A DNA stretch of 63,214 bases, the filler included, from Rhabdomonas costata (lineage: Eukaryota): the NCBI GenBank assembly GCA_019059605.1. It is 37 parts of 37 records of this genome, joined end to end, with 100 filler letters (N's around TTAATTAATTAA, not from the genome) between each part and the next. Parts side by side here need not be neighbours in the genome. Positions count along the whole stretch, not along the records: positions 1 to 1,612 come from JAHMHO010012000.1; positions 1,713 to 3,324 come from JAHMHO010012001.1; positions 3,425 to 5,036 come from JAHMHO010012002.1; positions 5,137 to 6,748 come from JAHMHO010012003.1; positions 6,849 to 8,460 come from JAHMHO010012004.1; positions 8,561 to 10,168 come from JAHMHO010012005.1; positions 10,269 to 11,880 come from JAHMHO010012006.1; positions 11,981 to 13,592 come from JAHMHO010012007.1; 29 more parts are not named here. The stretch is one strand, 5' to 3'. A program made the translations under genes and the position numbers. This document shows positions 1 to 11,989 of the stretch, in pieces (the first letter of the stretch is position 1; each line of letters starts with the position of its first letter). The notes beneath the pieces are model-generated. The model had not been told where the DNA came from. It did no database searches and saw only the letters and a program-made list of their open reading frames with translations.

Positions 1-405
1 GGGTGTGTGTCGTTCCATACCTGCGTGCACACATACAGCAACGTCTGGAAAAAAGCCTAAATTGTTAATGTTGGACACACACGCACACACGCAGTTTACA
101 AAGAGCATAAAGAGGGCAGAGTCGCACATGCATGTCCATTTTTTAAAACATTTTTCAGGTCAGAGTCACGGAACGCGAGTCCGAAAGAAGATGAGCTTAT
201 CAACCAGGCACACTAAATCAAACACATCACAATGATAAGATCTATACACGAGGATGTGTTTGAATTCGCCATGAATGAGATCCGCCATCGATGATACCGT
301 TGATGTCTTTATGTCGAGGCACATTAAAAGAGGGTGAGCATGGCGCAGTGCGGAGTAGGAGCGGAAAGACACAAAACAATGAAACCCCCCCCCCCACACA
401 CAAGC

Positions 406-629
406 CTGGACGTAGTTCACTGGGGGTGCGAGGCAGCGTGGAGTGCCGTCAGCGGCGCTGCCTTCGCTGAGGTCCTCGCGGACTACCCACGCCACGGCGC
501 TGCGGGGAAAGTGCCCGCAGTACTTCCAACCTCCCGCGGTGTGGGGCCGGCCATACTCCAGGATCAGGTTAGCCTTAAACCCGGTGCTGGACGCCCACTC
601 CACACCGGAAGCGGGCACCACCCGAAGCG
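406..629 (-). CDS. Probable internal exon, unknown protein
   Basis: CAG acceptor at 631-630; GC-rich open frame LRVVPASGVEWASSTGFKANLILEYGRP...PVNYVQ; ends at a CAG|GCTTGT (GC) donor. Confidence 0.5.
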
Positions 630-1612
630 CTGAGAGTATGCCACGTGTGTGTGTGTGCGTGTGTGCATGTGCGTCCGGCCACCCAAACCAGCGGCAGATT
701 GCAAGGTTATTTCATCTGATAACGCTGCTCGCGGTTTGCGGTGACAAATGGAAAGAAATTCGACGCCGCTTTGAAATTTCCCAAATGCGCTTCACTGGGC
801 ACCATTTAATTTGCAAGAGGGCTGGCAAGCGAATCAACCGGTGGTTTCCTCTTCCTTCAACAATGGCCATTAGCATCGAACCTAACCTTAGACATGGGAG
901 AGGGGGGGGGCATGCTATCAAACAACACTACTTGCAGCCGAGCGAGTTCAACACTAACTCATCAAAACAGCAGGAATTCAGAGAGGAATGTACCTCGCGG
1001 ATCGGCCATGTCTGGGAACGCAATCAGCGGAAGAGAGAACACCAGATATGGCAAAGATGTAACAGCACAGAAAACGAAAGAAGACGCAAAGAAAACGGAA
1101 GAATCCACAAAGCCTGTTCCAGGCACCTGAGAATGCACCAATGCAACCCCCACATCAAGCCGTTGTAAATGCTCACCCTATTCCCCCAGTCATGGCTGAA
1201 AACGGTCCCAACAATCCCGGCCGAAGTATCGCAAACCGTATCGGACAGGAAAATGTTTCTTCGATTCCGCGAATATTTTTAATCAACGAAATTCTTTGCC
1301 CGTAACGTGGGGATCGCTCGTCCACAAAACCCTTTCGTGCTGGCCATCTTCTCATTCCTCCAGCTTAAGCCGAGTATCCCGCCTTCATTCCAGAGACATC
1401 ATCCCCAAGAGTTAGACAAGCCGCGATCACTGAGTAGGAGCACCCCGATCCATGAATTAAATCACCCATACGTTCAGGAATTGATTAGGGAATGATTAAT
1501 GATTGATTAATAAACGAATACCGGGAACTTCACAAAAACATACTCCCCCACCACACCACTGGAGGAGTGTGTTTTGACGTGCGCTTGCCCGTCGGGTGAT
1601 GCCCCCCCCACA

Positions 1613-1712
1613 NNNNNNNNNNNNNNNNNNNNNNNNNNNNNNNNNNNNNNNNNNNNTTAATTAATTAANNNNNNNNNNNNNNNNNNNNNNNNNNNNNNNN
1701 NNNNNNNNNNNN
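1613..1712. other. Artificial contig spacer (first of 36 identical spacers)
   Basis: 44 N + TTAATTAATTAA (stops in all six frames) + 44 N, recurring about every 1.71 kb across the window; flanking contigs are nearly equal in length (about 1597-1624 bp). Confidence 0.99.
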
Positions 1713-1721
1713 TGTGGTGGG

Positions 1722-2016
1722 GTAATGCTCTACTTTTTCTGCCCCATATGAAAAACTAAGGCTAGCTCCACCCGGAAACTGAGAGATTAATCTGCACCAT
1801 TCCGCGCAAAGCTCCTTTCCATTACCGTATTTTGCCTCCCAAGTCGAACCCTCATCTACGGGCTGCGCTCATCTCCACGTTCACTACATTTTTGAGACCA
1901 GCGGCTTAAAAACAGGGTGAAAAGACTTCTGCTCGGAATGGTGCAGATTAATCTCTCAGTTTCCGGGTGGAGCTAGCCTTAGTTTTTCATATGGGGCAGA
2001 AAAAGTAGAGCATTAC
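1722..2016. repeat. 83-bp perfect inverted repeat (arms 1722-1804 and 1934-2016)
   Basis: GTAATGCTCTACTTTTTCTGCCCC...GCACCATTCCG is the exact reverse complement of CGGAATGGTGC...GTAGAGCATTAC; the left arm abuts the contig start. Confidence 0.95.
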
Positions 2017-2174
2017 GTCATACATCGATCATCCAAGACTCCCTGGGTAAAAACAGGGGGCATTTTCATAGACAAGCGTCAACAGACATGTTTCTTTCGC
2101 TCAAACAGCTTTCGACCGAGGATAAAGAAAAAAGAACTTCTTCAAAAAGGAGAAGATACTGCTGGGCTCAGGAC

Positions 2175-2675
2175 CTGCATTAGAAGCTCCTCCAGCCCGC
2201 GGCTGAGGGCCGCGCTGGCGCTTTGGGTGTTAAGGTCAAAACTCTCCGAAGCCACACGGTTCTTCTCGATAATCTAAAGAAGCACGTTTGCTGATAACAC
2301 TCCATAATACAACCCCAGTGGTAACGCAGCAACCATCCCGCACACAAATTCTCAAGAGAAAGCAGAGGGCACTGCAAAACGCTGAGGTGTCCAAAGGAAT
2401 CAGACTCACAGTGCGTGTCAGGTCAAAAGTGAACGGTCAAAAATAACAGCCACAGTTGCTCGCACATCATCAAAACCTCTGCAGAAAAAGTAAAGGCAAC
2501 CGGGGAACTGTGGTGCTGAAAAAACACCAGAAGCAGCCGTCGGTCGCTGCGGTAATGCGGGAATGAGAAGACACAAGTAACAGCACTCACCAACTGCTCG
2601 GGGCGGAAGTAGTTCCCCAGGGACTGGGACAGCCCGAAGGGAGTTGGGGCAGGCCCCCGCAAAATGCTCCCCCGC
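2175..2675 (-). CDS. Probable exons of an unknown multi-exon gene
   Basis: Segments ...FGLSQSLGNYFRPEQL|GTGAGT and TAG|IIEKNRVASESFDLNTQSASAALSRGLEELLMQ|GT have plausible splice sites; no recognisable domain; boundaries approximate. Confidence 0.35.
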
Positions 2676-5355
2676 TGAGACTCAAACTGCCGGACCAGCT
2701 CTTGGGGGTCGGACGCCTAAGCCGTGAATCCCTTCCACCTCAAACGGTTCCAATGAAAAGCGTCCGTGTGATTATTTCATTTCATTTCATTTCCTCTAGT
2801 ATGTTTACGCTGCAGTCTCTTTCAGGCACAAACCCGACGCCTCTCGGGTCTTTGAACTGCAAAACATATGCAAACGTTTTACGAGGCCGTCCTCGCACCC
2901 AATTCACGACTGGCGGAAGGGGCTACAGAGCTTTCTCTATTCTCACTAACTCCTTTGTGACCGCTTGTTCCTTCTCAACAAAGGTGTTGATATCCAGACA
3001 TGCTACGAGAGGATACGAGCAGTGGCATTTTGAAACGGAGATGTCTGCGTTTACGGTAGCAGCTCGGTAACGCCTCCATGGCAATTATAGACCGGGGGGT
3101 ACGCCGGTGGCCCTCGATTTCACCCAGAGCAATGTGATCACGACAGAGCGACCCCACATGTGCCTGTGGGTCCCCCACAACTTGGGGTCCATGGGATGAA
3201 GGCAGAATACTGTGAAAGTGATGGACACGTTTGTTAGCTTTGCTTTCCATTGCTTTCCTGGGGTACGAGATGCCTCCCGCCTCCGAGAATCGAATGCAAC
3301 GCAGTATTCAAACGCCACACCCCCNNNNNNNNNNNNNNNNNNNNNNNNNNNNNNNNNNNNNNNNNNNNTTAATTAATTAANNNNNNNNNNNNNNNNNNNN
3401 NNNNNNNNNNNNNNNNNNNNNNNNAAACTGTCTGAATTTCTCCTGAAAAATACCCTTGGTATTACCAAGGACGCCATGACTGAGAAGGACTTTCAAACAA
3501 ATAACAAGGAGGAAGGTTCTGTTGCCATTTTTTATTTGCAATCGAACGCAATGGCGTGCCCATAGTGGTATCCAAGTGAGGAAAAGTCTGAAATCAATCC
3601 AAGCTCACAAAAAGTGTGGAGCCGACCTGCTGGATTACAAAGCACTGGAGACGGTCCTTCTTTCCGAACACGACCACGTCAGGTTGAACAATGTTGAATA
3701 GCTTTGTGCACACCGTGGCGACTCCAGAAAAGAAGCCCTTCCGGGACATCGCCTCGGCCTTTCCGGCCACAAACCTTTTTGAGAGCCGAAAACTTACCTC
3801 TCATTACCCATTCTCCTCCACAGCCCTTTATTCGGAGCTTCCCATCCACCGCAAAACTAAAATATGAGAATATCCATCGTGCAAGGGGTACCAATGTGGT
3901 CGTGGACGCAAAATACAGTTATGTGAGTCGGCACAATATAGCGGCAGACACACGCAAAGCAGGATGAGAATAAAACCGCCTCAGGGCCACCACGCACGTT
4001 GATGTCAAGCAGAGCCGAAAGAGCCCATACCGCTCCACGTCCACGTAGGATGCCGGCAAGGTCTTCAACGGTAGTGTGGGGTGATCTGGGCAGGCCTGGG
4101 AGCGCAGAGCGGCAAAGCAGGAAAAGACGACCGTGCACAACATCCGGACTCTAAGGGAAGGGCCGGCAAGAGCGGGCGGAAGGCCTGCCAACATCGAAAT
4201 CTCGACTATGTCGAAGGTGGCGTGTGGAGTGATAGAGAAAGGTGGGTTGCTGGTTTGACCTCCTCTTGTTATCCTCGGTCACAGAGACGCCCGTTTAATA
4301 CCATGCAACACACCATCCCCTACCTCCAGGCCCTGAATAACCCCAATCCCCCTCAGGTAACCTAATATCACCCGGACGTGGTGCTTTGGTGCTGTTGGTT
4401 GACATCAATTGCTGTGGGTCACAGACCTCACCAGGCGCTGGGACCTACCTCCCAACAGGGAGCAGGCCCGCACTGGGACGCGTACGGAGGCGATATGCAC
4501 ACGCACTGGGACACCGCCCAATATCAGGTGCTGCGCTGGGAGGGCTCTGCTCAACAAAAACACCATACAATATCCCAGTGGACATGTTTATTTGGATAAC
4601 TACGGAATGCACGCAAGCCGTGCCACAATTGGGACGTTTTTTTTCACCTTAACAGGGGTTTTTCGGGTTGCAATTTCATCTTTCATTTGGTTCTTGGTAT
4701 ATTTGTGTTGGCAAGGCGAGAATAATTAAGTTTGCAGTTAAGTAAGCAATAATGCGGCTATCGCTGGGAAGTGCTGATTATGAAAAACAATCTTCTGTAT
4801 TGAACCCACCTGAAGAAGGCCATTACGAAGGAAAGTGGCCACAGCAAACATGGTCCAGGAGTGTCAAAAAATGGTCAGCAGTGTCGGAAAGGTTGTATCT
4901 CCACTGAAGCTCCTTTAGATTCTCCCACATAGGTGATCTTTGACGCCCCCACGAGCATTCATCCACGTCTTCAGCCGTCCCCAACAACCGTCGACGGTGT
5001 TGGTGTCAACCTTCAGGGTGAGGCCTCCAAAACACANNNNNNNNNNNNNNNNNNNNNNNNNNNNNNNNNNNNNNNNNNNNTTAATTAATTAANNNNNNNN
5101 NNNNNNNNNNNNNNNNNNNNNNNNNNNNNNNNNNNNGTGTGTCGGGAAACCTTCACAGAGGGAGATAGACTGCAGACAGCACCTCAAGCAAGACTGCAGT
5201 AGCAATGGTTTGAGAAAATGTGCTCGAATGACCAGAGTTTGTGGCCCTTGTGTGCAAGTGGACCCCCCCCCCAGTCTCAAACACAAGGACGACACCTAAG
5301 CACCTATGCATACGGCCGTGTGAGTGTGTGTGGGCGTGGGGGGTGCCTTTGCCAG

Positions 5356-6739
5356 GTTCCGGGCTGGGATTCACACCGCGCGGGTGCTGGTGGGGAACTA
5401 CGGCTGCGACTACCGAATCAACTACACCGCCCTGGGTCTGCTTTGTATCGTGCGTTGCGATTGTTGCGTATGTGTGTGTGCGCGCGGGTGATGCGAGGGT
5501 GCGTATACCCTTCCGTCCCGCTCGCCCTTGCAGTTCTTTCAATTGCGGCGTGAGTGTCCTGGCAAGGCGTTGCTTCTGCTCGATTCAATTGTCTGGACAG
5601 TATTCGTTTTTGTTGTGTTGTGCTGTCCTTGGAATAAAGGTGATCACAATCGGCTGCGTGCGTCCTAGGCTGTGCAGGAAATTGCCCAATTAACAGCCAA
5701 CACTGCTTAAGGGTGAAACTGTGGTCCGCGTGCTGTTTGAAACCCATGAAAAAACGTCCATCGCACAGAAGCTCTTCGAATTCGCTGGTTGTGGCTCGTC
5801 AAAAAGTGTTACCGTTTTGCTGTAATATTGAAATTCGGGGGTTTTTTTTGCGTTCGAATTTTTTGGCGGGCATTTTTCTCTCGCTAGTGCTTGTTGGGTC
5901 TTCCGTCTCGTCAGGTGACGGGGTCAACCTTGCTAACCGCCTTGAATCTTCCAACAAAGTGTGCCTCCCTTGCTTTTTTCCGTGACCCAAGACCACGGCC
6001 CGTTTCCCTTGTTTTCCGGTCGCGACATAACACATCCAAAAAAAAAAACTGGAGATCCTCGCCCGCTCATCAAGGCCATTCTTCATCTTCATCTTCAGAC
6101 TTTTAGGCAGGCAGCCTGTCCACCAACCCGTCAAAGTGCCTGTCAGCAAGTGCATCTTAAGAGTAGTGGGCAGGCACCCCGAAGCTTTTTTTTCACGATT
6201 TCTCGAGAAGATTTCACGAGATTTCTACACCGCGCAACGCCCAAAAACCTGGAGCACAGAAATCGGACGTGCAACGGCGACCATCTGTGTCACCCAATCA
6301 CCCAATGGAGTGAATGAGAGGACATCAGCTACCCAAAAACCCCAACCCACCGGTTGGAACTGGTTCTGGGAGTTCCACCCTCAAATGTCTTGATCCTTTT
6401 TTATACAAAGTTTCTCGGCAACCTCAGCAAGTGGAATAAAGCAGTGGTACGAGGCAGATAAACGCAGACGCGGAGACGATTGGGGATGAAGATCAAGGGG
6501 CACGGGCGCTGTCCTTGGGGACCCTTTGCCCTTTTATGTGTTGGAGGCGCGTCTGCGTTGAGGCTCCGTCACGCCATCGTCTTAGCCGTCCCTCCGCTCC
6601 CCCTACCTCTCAGATCTTTGGGACGGTGGTGATGGTCTCGGAGAGCACTGCGGACAGCGCGGCGATGGAGTTCCAGTTCCGCAAGCTGGGCCGCATTCTG
6701 GTACCAGGGAAGGTGCAGATCGTGACCATCACCACCGTC
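5356..6739 (+). CDS. Class III adenylyl/guanylyl cyclase, C-terminal half of catalytic domain (3 exons, partial)
   Basis: Exons 5356-5435, 5915-5958 and 6614-end are joined by GT-AG introns in consistent phase, giving FRAGIHTARVLVGNYGCDYRINYTALG|DGVNLANRLESSNK|IFGTVVMVSESTADSAAMEFQFRKLGRILVPGK. Contains the GDxVNxAxRLE motif and terminal GK. Confidence 0.9.
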
Positions 6740-6860
6740 CCAAAAACCNNNNNNNNNNNNNNNNNNNNNNNNNNNNNNNNNNNNNNNNNNNNTTAATTAA
6801 TTAANNNNNNNNNNNNNNNNNNNNNNNNNNNNNNNNNNNNNNNNNNNNGTGGTGGGGAAC

Positions 6861-6894
6861 TAGGTTTAGGGTTAGGGTTAGGGTTAGGGTTAGG
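6861..6894 (+). repeat. Short interstitial telomere-type (TTAGGG)4-5 tract
   Basis: TAGGT(TTAGGG)4TTAGG about 75 bp upstream of an exon; a degenerate CCCTAACCCTAGCCTAA lies at about 7368-7384. Confidence 0.85.
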
Positions 6895-6969
6895 CGCTCC
6901 TCGCAGTGACACTGTTGTGTGTACGCGGTTTGTAATGGGGTGTGTGACATGTCTATGCTGGGTGCGCAG

Positions 6970-8226
6970 ATGCTGGTGCGGGTGCGGCTCACGGCTCGGG
7001 AGATCGGCGACCTCTCTGGGCGTGTGCTGGGACTGTTTTCCGCCAGCTCCAAAGTGTGCCCCCTCCCTGTCTCCTACTAATCTCCCTGGAGGGCATCAGG
7101 AAGCTATGTGGGTTTCCCTCTTCTGCTGGACCACTGAGCCAGTTCTTCTCCTTCACTGAAGAGGAATATGTTAGGACAAGCCAGAAGTCAGAGGTTGCGT
7201 GTGCTGTGGAAACCAATGGCATCTTTCCTGTGCTTCTGAGGCATTTTGTTTTGCAGATCATGTTCGACTCTTTGGGGAGAGGGGTCTTTTCTGACCTCGC
7301 TTTGCTACGTTGGTGGTCGTTAGGTCCAGTGTAGCTGTACCCACTGGATGATGCCGAAATGCATGTTCCCTAACCCTAGCCTAAATCAGTAATGTGACCG
7401 TTGAACGATGTCAAATGTTTATTTGTGCTAATTCTTTAACGCCCCCAACCCAACCAAAAAAGCATACAACACCCTCCTTTTTTTTGGGGGGGGGTTCTTT
7501 TCTAGTCTCGCTGTGCAACTTTATCGGGTGTGCGTGAGAAAAGAGGGCGACCCCCCACCAGGCTTTACTTCCTGTTTCCTTTTGGCCCGCAACCCCCAAA
7601 AGGTGCTGCACAGCTGCCACCCAAACCTGGTGTGCACGGTGTCCCGCCGCACCTTGGTGTTCCGCGCGGTACGGCCCATCGCGGCGGGGGATCTACTCAC
7701 CATGAGCTACCTCCCCGAAACCGAGCTGTGGTGTGCGTGCCCTTCTGTGGGCGTGTTGCGGGTGACGTTTTTGGGGCTGGGAAGACGGAGAATCGGAGGG
7801 TCACCACCAGTTTGACATCTCCTCGGCCATCCAGGGCTTCTAGGAAAAGATCTCACGGCTGTCTCTTAATGCCTTGTTGTGCGACAGAACAGGAAGGGGA
7901 AGGTAGTGTCCAGGATCGGAAGCCAATGGAAATATGCAGGGAGTTGGTTTCAGATCTATAAAAATCTGAGGCCAGAAAGCCCGAGGAACGTTACTAATCC
8001 GGAGTCTTTTGGTGCTACGGATGTGTATTGATGGCTGAGGGGGTTAAGGGTATTGGATTGCGGGTACCCACTCCCTCTCTTCGTTCCTCCCTCCCTCAGG
8101 AAAAGCACCCCGTGCCGGCAGGAATACCTCCGAAGGTGCCTGTTCATTGAGCAGTGCCAGTGCGCGCGGTGCCTGCAGCCCGACCTCGCCCGTGCCATGC
8201 GCTGCCCCATGTGCTGTGGGGACAAG
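6970..8226 (+). CDS. SET-domain (SMYD-like) methyltransferase, partial (3 exons)
   Basis: Exons 6970-7053, 7603-7730 and 8100-8226 splice in phase to GLFSASSK|VLHSCHPNL...FRAVRPIAAGDLLTMSYL...W|KSTPCRQEYLRR...CQCARC. This matches the HSCxPN, GxxLTxSY and post-SET CxCxRC motifs. Confidence 0.85.
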
Positions 8227-8560
8227 GCACCCCTCGCCCACTCCTTCCCCAGCTGAATATGAAATTACTGGAGAAGGAAAAGTCTTGGTCTCGAGGCTGT
8301 TCATTTTCGCGCTTCTGTGGGAGCACCCTGGGTCTGGGCAATTTCCCTCTGAAAGAGGCGAGCTTCCTGTCAGTGCTTATTTGGAGGTAACTGCAATAAT
8401 ATGAGCCCACCGATACTGCGGATCAATCAATTGCCCACCCCACCCCCCATGACGACGTTGNNNNNNNNNNNNNNNNNNNNNNNNNNNNNNNNNNNNNNNN
8501 NNNNTTAATTAATTAANNNNNNNNNNNNNNNNNNNNNNNNNNNNNNNNNNNNNNNNNNNN

Positions 8561-9430
8561 TGCGTATTGAGCAGATTCACAAACGTCGTCGCAGACTCGC
8601 GGATGGCGGTGGGCGACGTGGAAAGGGAGAGCAGCGTGGTGGCGCACTGGAAGAGCACCGAGGGGGATTTCGTGGTCAAAAGCGAGAAGATCACCCTGAG
8701 GTAGCGGGGCTTCTCTTGGGGGTTCGTCTTGCACAGGCTCTTCAGCAGGTCCACCAAGGCGAGCTGGAAGACATCCCCAGAGGCCGAGATATCTGCATCG
8801 ATAGCCTTGCGGAGGTACCGCACGGCACGGTCCTGGGCGCAGTTGAACAGCATCAGGAAGGCATTCCTCTTAGCAGAGACGTCCGCTTCGTTCTCAAGAT
8901 AGTTCTCGATGATCTCGGGAGCATCTGGGATGAGCCTAGGGAACCGGGTGTGCACCGAGAACACCGCCATCACGGCGTTGCGGCGCACATAGGAGTGGCG
9001 GTGCTCGAGGTTCTGCACGATGGAGTCGGTGAGGGGCTCTACGAGCTCCTCCTCCTTCAGCTTGCAGATAAACCGCAGAGTGCAGCCCCGGATGTACTCG
9101 TTGGGGTGCTGCAGGTCGTTGCGGATGAAGTTGCACACCAAAATCATCTCCGGCAGAAGGTTTCCTTGCGCGTTCGTCTTGTCAATGATCTCGAAGAAGT
9201 ACAACAGAAGCTTCTTCAGGGTGTGGTCATCAGAGGGGAGCACGAAGCGGATCACGGTCATCACCAGGCTGCTCTGGGGCTCGCCGTTAAGGTGCAGCAT
9301 GATCACCTTCTTCATGTTCTCAATTTTTGTCTCCACGTTGCCCTTCTCTAGAGCCTCAGCAATCTCCTTCTGCGAGGGCGCGGGGCCGTCATAGAAAACC
9401 AGTGCACTGGTTTTCGTGGGACTGAGACAT
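8561..9430 (-). CDS. COPB1: Coatomer subunit beta (beta-COP), N-terminal part; frame break near the start
   Basis: LHLNGE...IRFVLPSDDHTLKKLLL...EMILVCN..RNDLQHPNEYIRGCTLRF...LEHRHSYVRRNAV...KRNAFLML is the beta-COP N-terminus; the nearest ATG (9430) is one base out of frame; 3' end truncated by the contig end. Confidence 0.95.
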
Positions 9431-11989
9431 GGACAATGGAGCGGGGGGGAAAATAAAAAAGGAAAGGGTCAAAGCGGTAGAGTAAAAAGGAAGGATCTTC
9501 CAAAAAATGAAGGTGCGACAAAACGACGGCAGAGAAGCACCTTGAAAAAAGCTTAACTTCTGGAGCACCACACTGATTCTCTGTGCTGGAAAATATACAG
9601 CGAAAGCCTTAAAAATGGACCACCCACCCTATAACAGCAGAGCTTGCTCTTCTCAGGGACCCGGTTGCAGGGTCTTTTGTGACCTTTCCTCAAAAGTGTG
9701 CCCCAGCATCCTTCGTCGGCCCCATCAGACCACAGGGAATAACTCAGGCCCAATATGGGATCGCTGCTAGAATGCTAGTCAGAGCTGTAATGCGAGTCAG
9801 AGTCATTTTATTAGTGAGGTTTTTTTGCCTTTCCCCCGGGCATTAATTTTGGCTTCCGCGGGATATTTTTTTGCAGATTGCAAGCGTTGCAGGAAATTCG
9901 CATCCAGCTTCTGAAAACGTTTCCACTCTTGTATCGTCCCCGCACAGATCACTTCATCCGGATATAGCCCAAAAATGAGAGGTAGCGATTCCAAAGTCGA
10001 ACGTGCTAGATAAAGAATGTTAGTTGGTCTGGTTGGGTGTGTCACGCAACAGCAATGCAGAACACACAAAAGCTGTCGGAAAACTGGAGAATACGACCCA
10101 TCCCGATCGATAGTGATAAACAAATGTGAAGAAAAGATGCAGCAGCAGAAAGGTCACTCAAACACAAANNNNNNNNNNNNNNNNNNNNNNNNNNNNNNNN
10201 NNNNNNNNNNNNTTAATTAATTAANNNNNNNNNNNNNNNNNNNNNNNNNNNNNNNNNNNNNNNNNNNNTTGTTGTGGTCGTCACAGTGCTGGTGGCAACC
10301 GTTGTTGTTGTTGTCGTCGTCGTTAAGGATGCCGCGGCAAGGGGGCCACCACCACCGATCTCGGGGGGAAGCACAGGAAGCATATTTGGGCCGTGTCTCG
10401 GGCTGCGCCCCGCGGGCTCCTGCGGGATGGCGTGGCGCGGGGTCGGGGGGCTTGGAGTGAGCTCCACCCCAGAAGAGTCCGCAGAGGCGGAGGCGGAGGT
10501 GGTGGGCACACCGGGACCAAGGGGTTTGCCCGAGGACTTGGCGACAGTCTCCCCACCCGCACCACTGCGCCCGCCAGCATATGCATGAAAGAAGGGGAGT
10601 TTTTGTTGGATAAAAGAAAGAAAGCATTTCTGGTTCGTGCTGGTTGGTGCGGGGGGGGGGATTCACCCATTTCGTCTGGACCTCGGCTTCTGGAATGCGT
10701 GACACTTGACACTTAAGAAAGACAACTGCTCCAGTAACCCAAACCAAAAAAACCGGATGAAAAGGACCCTTCTACTTCGGTCCTGCTCCGATTCGCACAA
10801 AGCGGAGAGCCAAATTCACTTGATCCTGTAATGCCCTATCACATTTCCGGCGCGTTACCCATCACCGCTTTGTTTAGTAATTGACACCCACGGATTTCTT
10901 GCTGTCGTCAAAAATCAAATTCCTTTTTCCAGGTCGAATTTCGCCAAGCACCGAAAATAAGCAAACCGAGCAGAGCCATTGTCCTCTTCAGGAGCAGGGC
11001 CATGATGGTGGCGCCGGGCCTGCTCGCTCTGCGCTGACACGCCTCGGATCACAGGTGCCACCCCTGCGCAGAAGGAACGGAAAGGATGAATATACCGAGT
11101 TCCGAAAAACTTTTCGGAACAACGGAATGCAATAGTAGATAGTTTGTGCTTTTCCTTTTGCAATTGGTGTTTCAGTGAAGCATCACCTGTTCACAGAGAT
11201 CTGATCTGCTTACTTGCAAATTTGAAGATGGTGGAATCTGCGTGATCGCGCAGGCAGAACGCATGAAACCACACCCTCGGCAGGCAGGCTGAAAGCCAAG
11301 CCCTGCGAGGACTTCCCTGAAGCTGCACCGGAGCGGATCGGGCCCTGCTCAGACTTCACAAGGGCCGGGACACTGCTGCTCATCACGGGAGGAAGAGACG
11401 AGGTACACACGTAGCTCGTGACTGGAGGGGTGGCGTACCGCCTGCGAAAAAAGGCGCTTAAAAATAACCCTTTAATGGGAATGCGTTGGAAGCGCTGCTG
11501 TCATTGAAAAGAAGTTGATAAAAGGCGGCGCAAATTTTAGATTCCCATGGGTGCAGTTGAAAAGTTGTGGTGAAACTGAGAAAGCGGGAACCACCCCTTC
11601 GCTATTAAGCCAAGTTTTTCCAGGGTTAGCCAGTGCTTTCAAGCACCTAGGATCTTTGGCCGGGAGCTCACCGGCCCAAGACATCCTGAAGATAAAAGCG
11701 GGGACACTTGCAGCACCAGCTAATATCTTGCAAATCTTCATCTATTGGAATCCAGGGGACATCGCATCGCCCACTAACTACGTATTTTTTGGATGAACCA
11801 GATTTTCTTTTTAAGTGGTCGAAACTACCAAGAACTCCAGTGCGCTAAATCCAACCTACAGTACTCCCCCCCCCCAAACCNNNNNNNNNNNNNNNNNNNN
11901 NNNNNNNNNNNNNNNNNNNNNNNNTTAATTAATTAANNNNNNNNNNNNNNNNNNNNNNNNNNNNNNNNNNNNNNNNNNNNTGTGTTGGG

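Noticed and set aside
1657-1668. Regularly spaced TTAATTAATTAA motif resembling a repeat array
   Set aside because: Always embedded in 44-N flanks; it is an artificial six-frame-stop linker
8716-9394. Long plus-strand ORFs (211 and 124 aa), and similar ones at 19093-19680 and 51288-51875
   Set aside because: Antisense shadows of GC3-rich real exons (beta-COP, SIR2-like, MORN)
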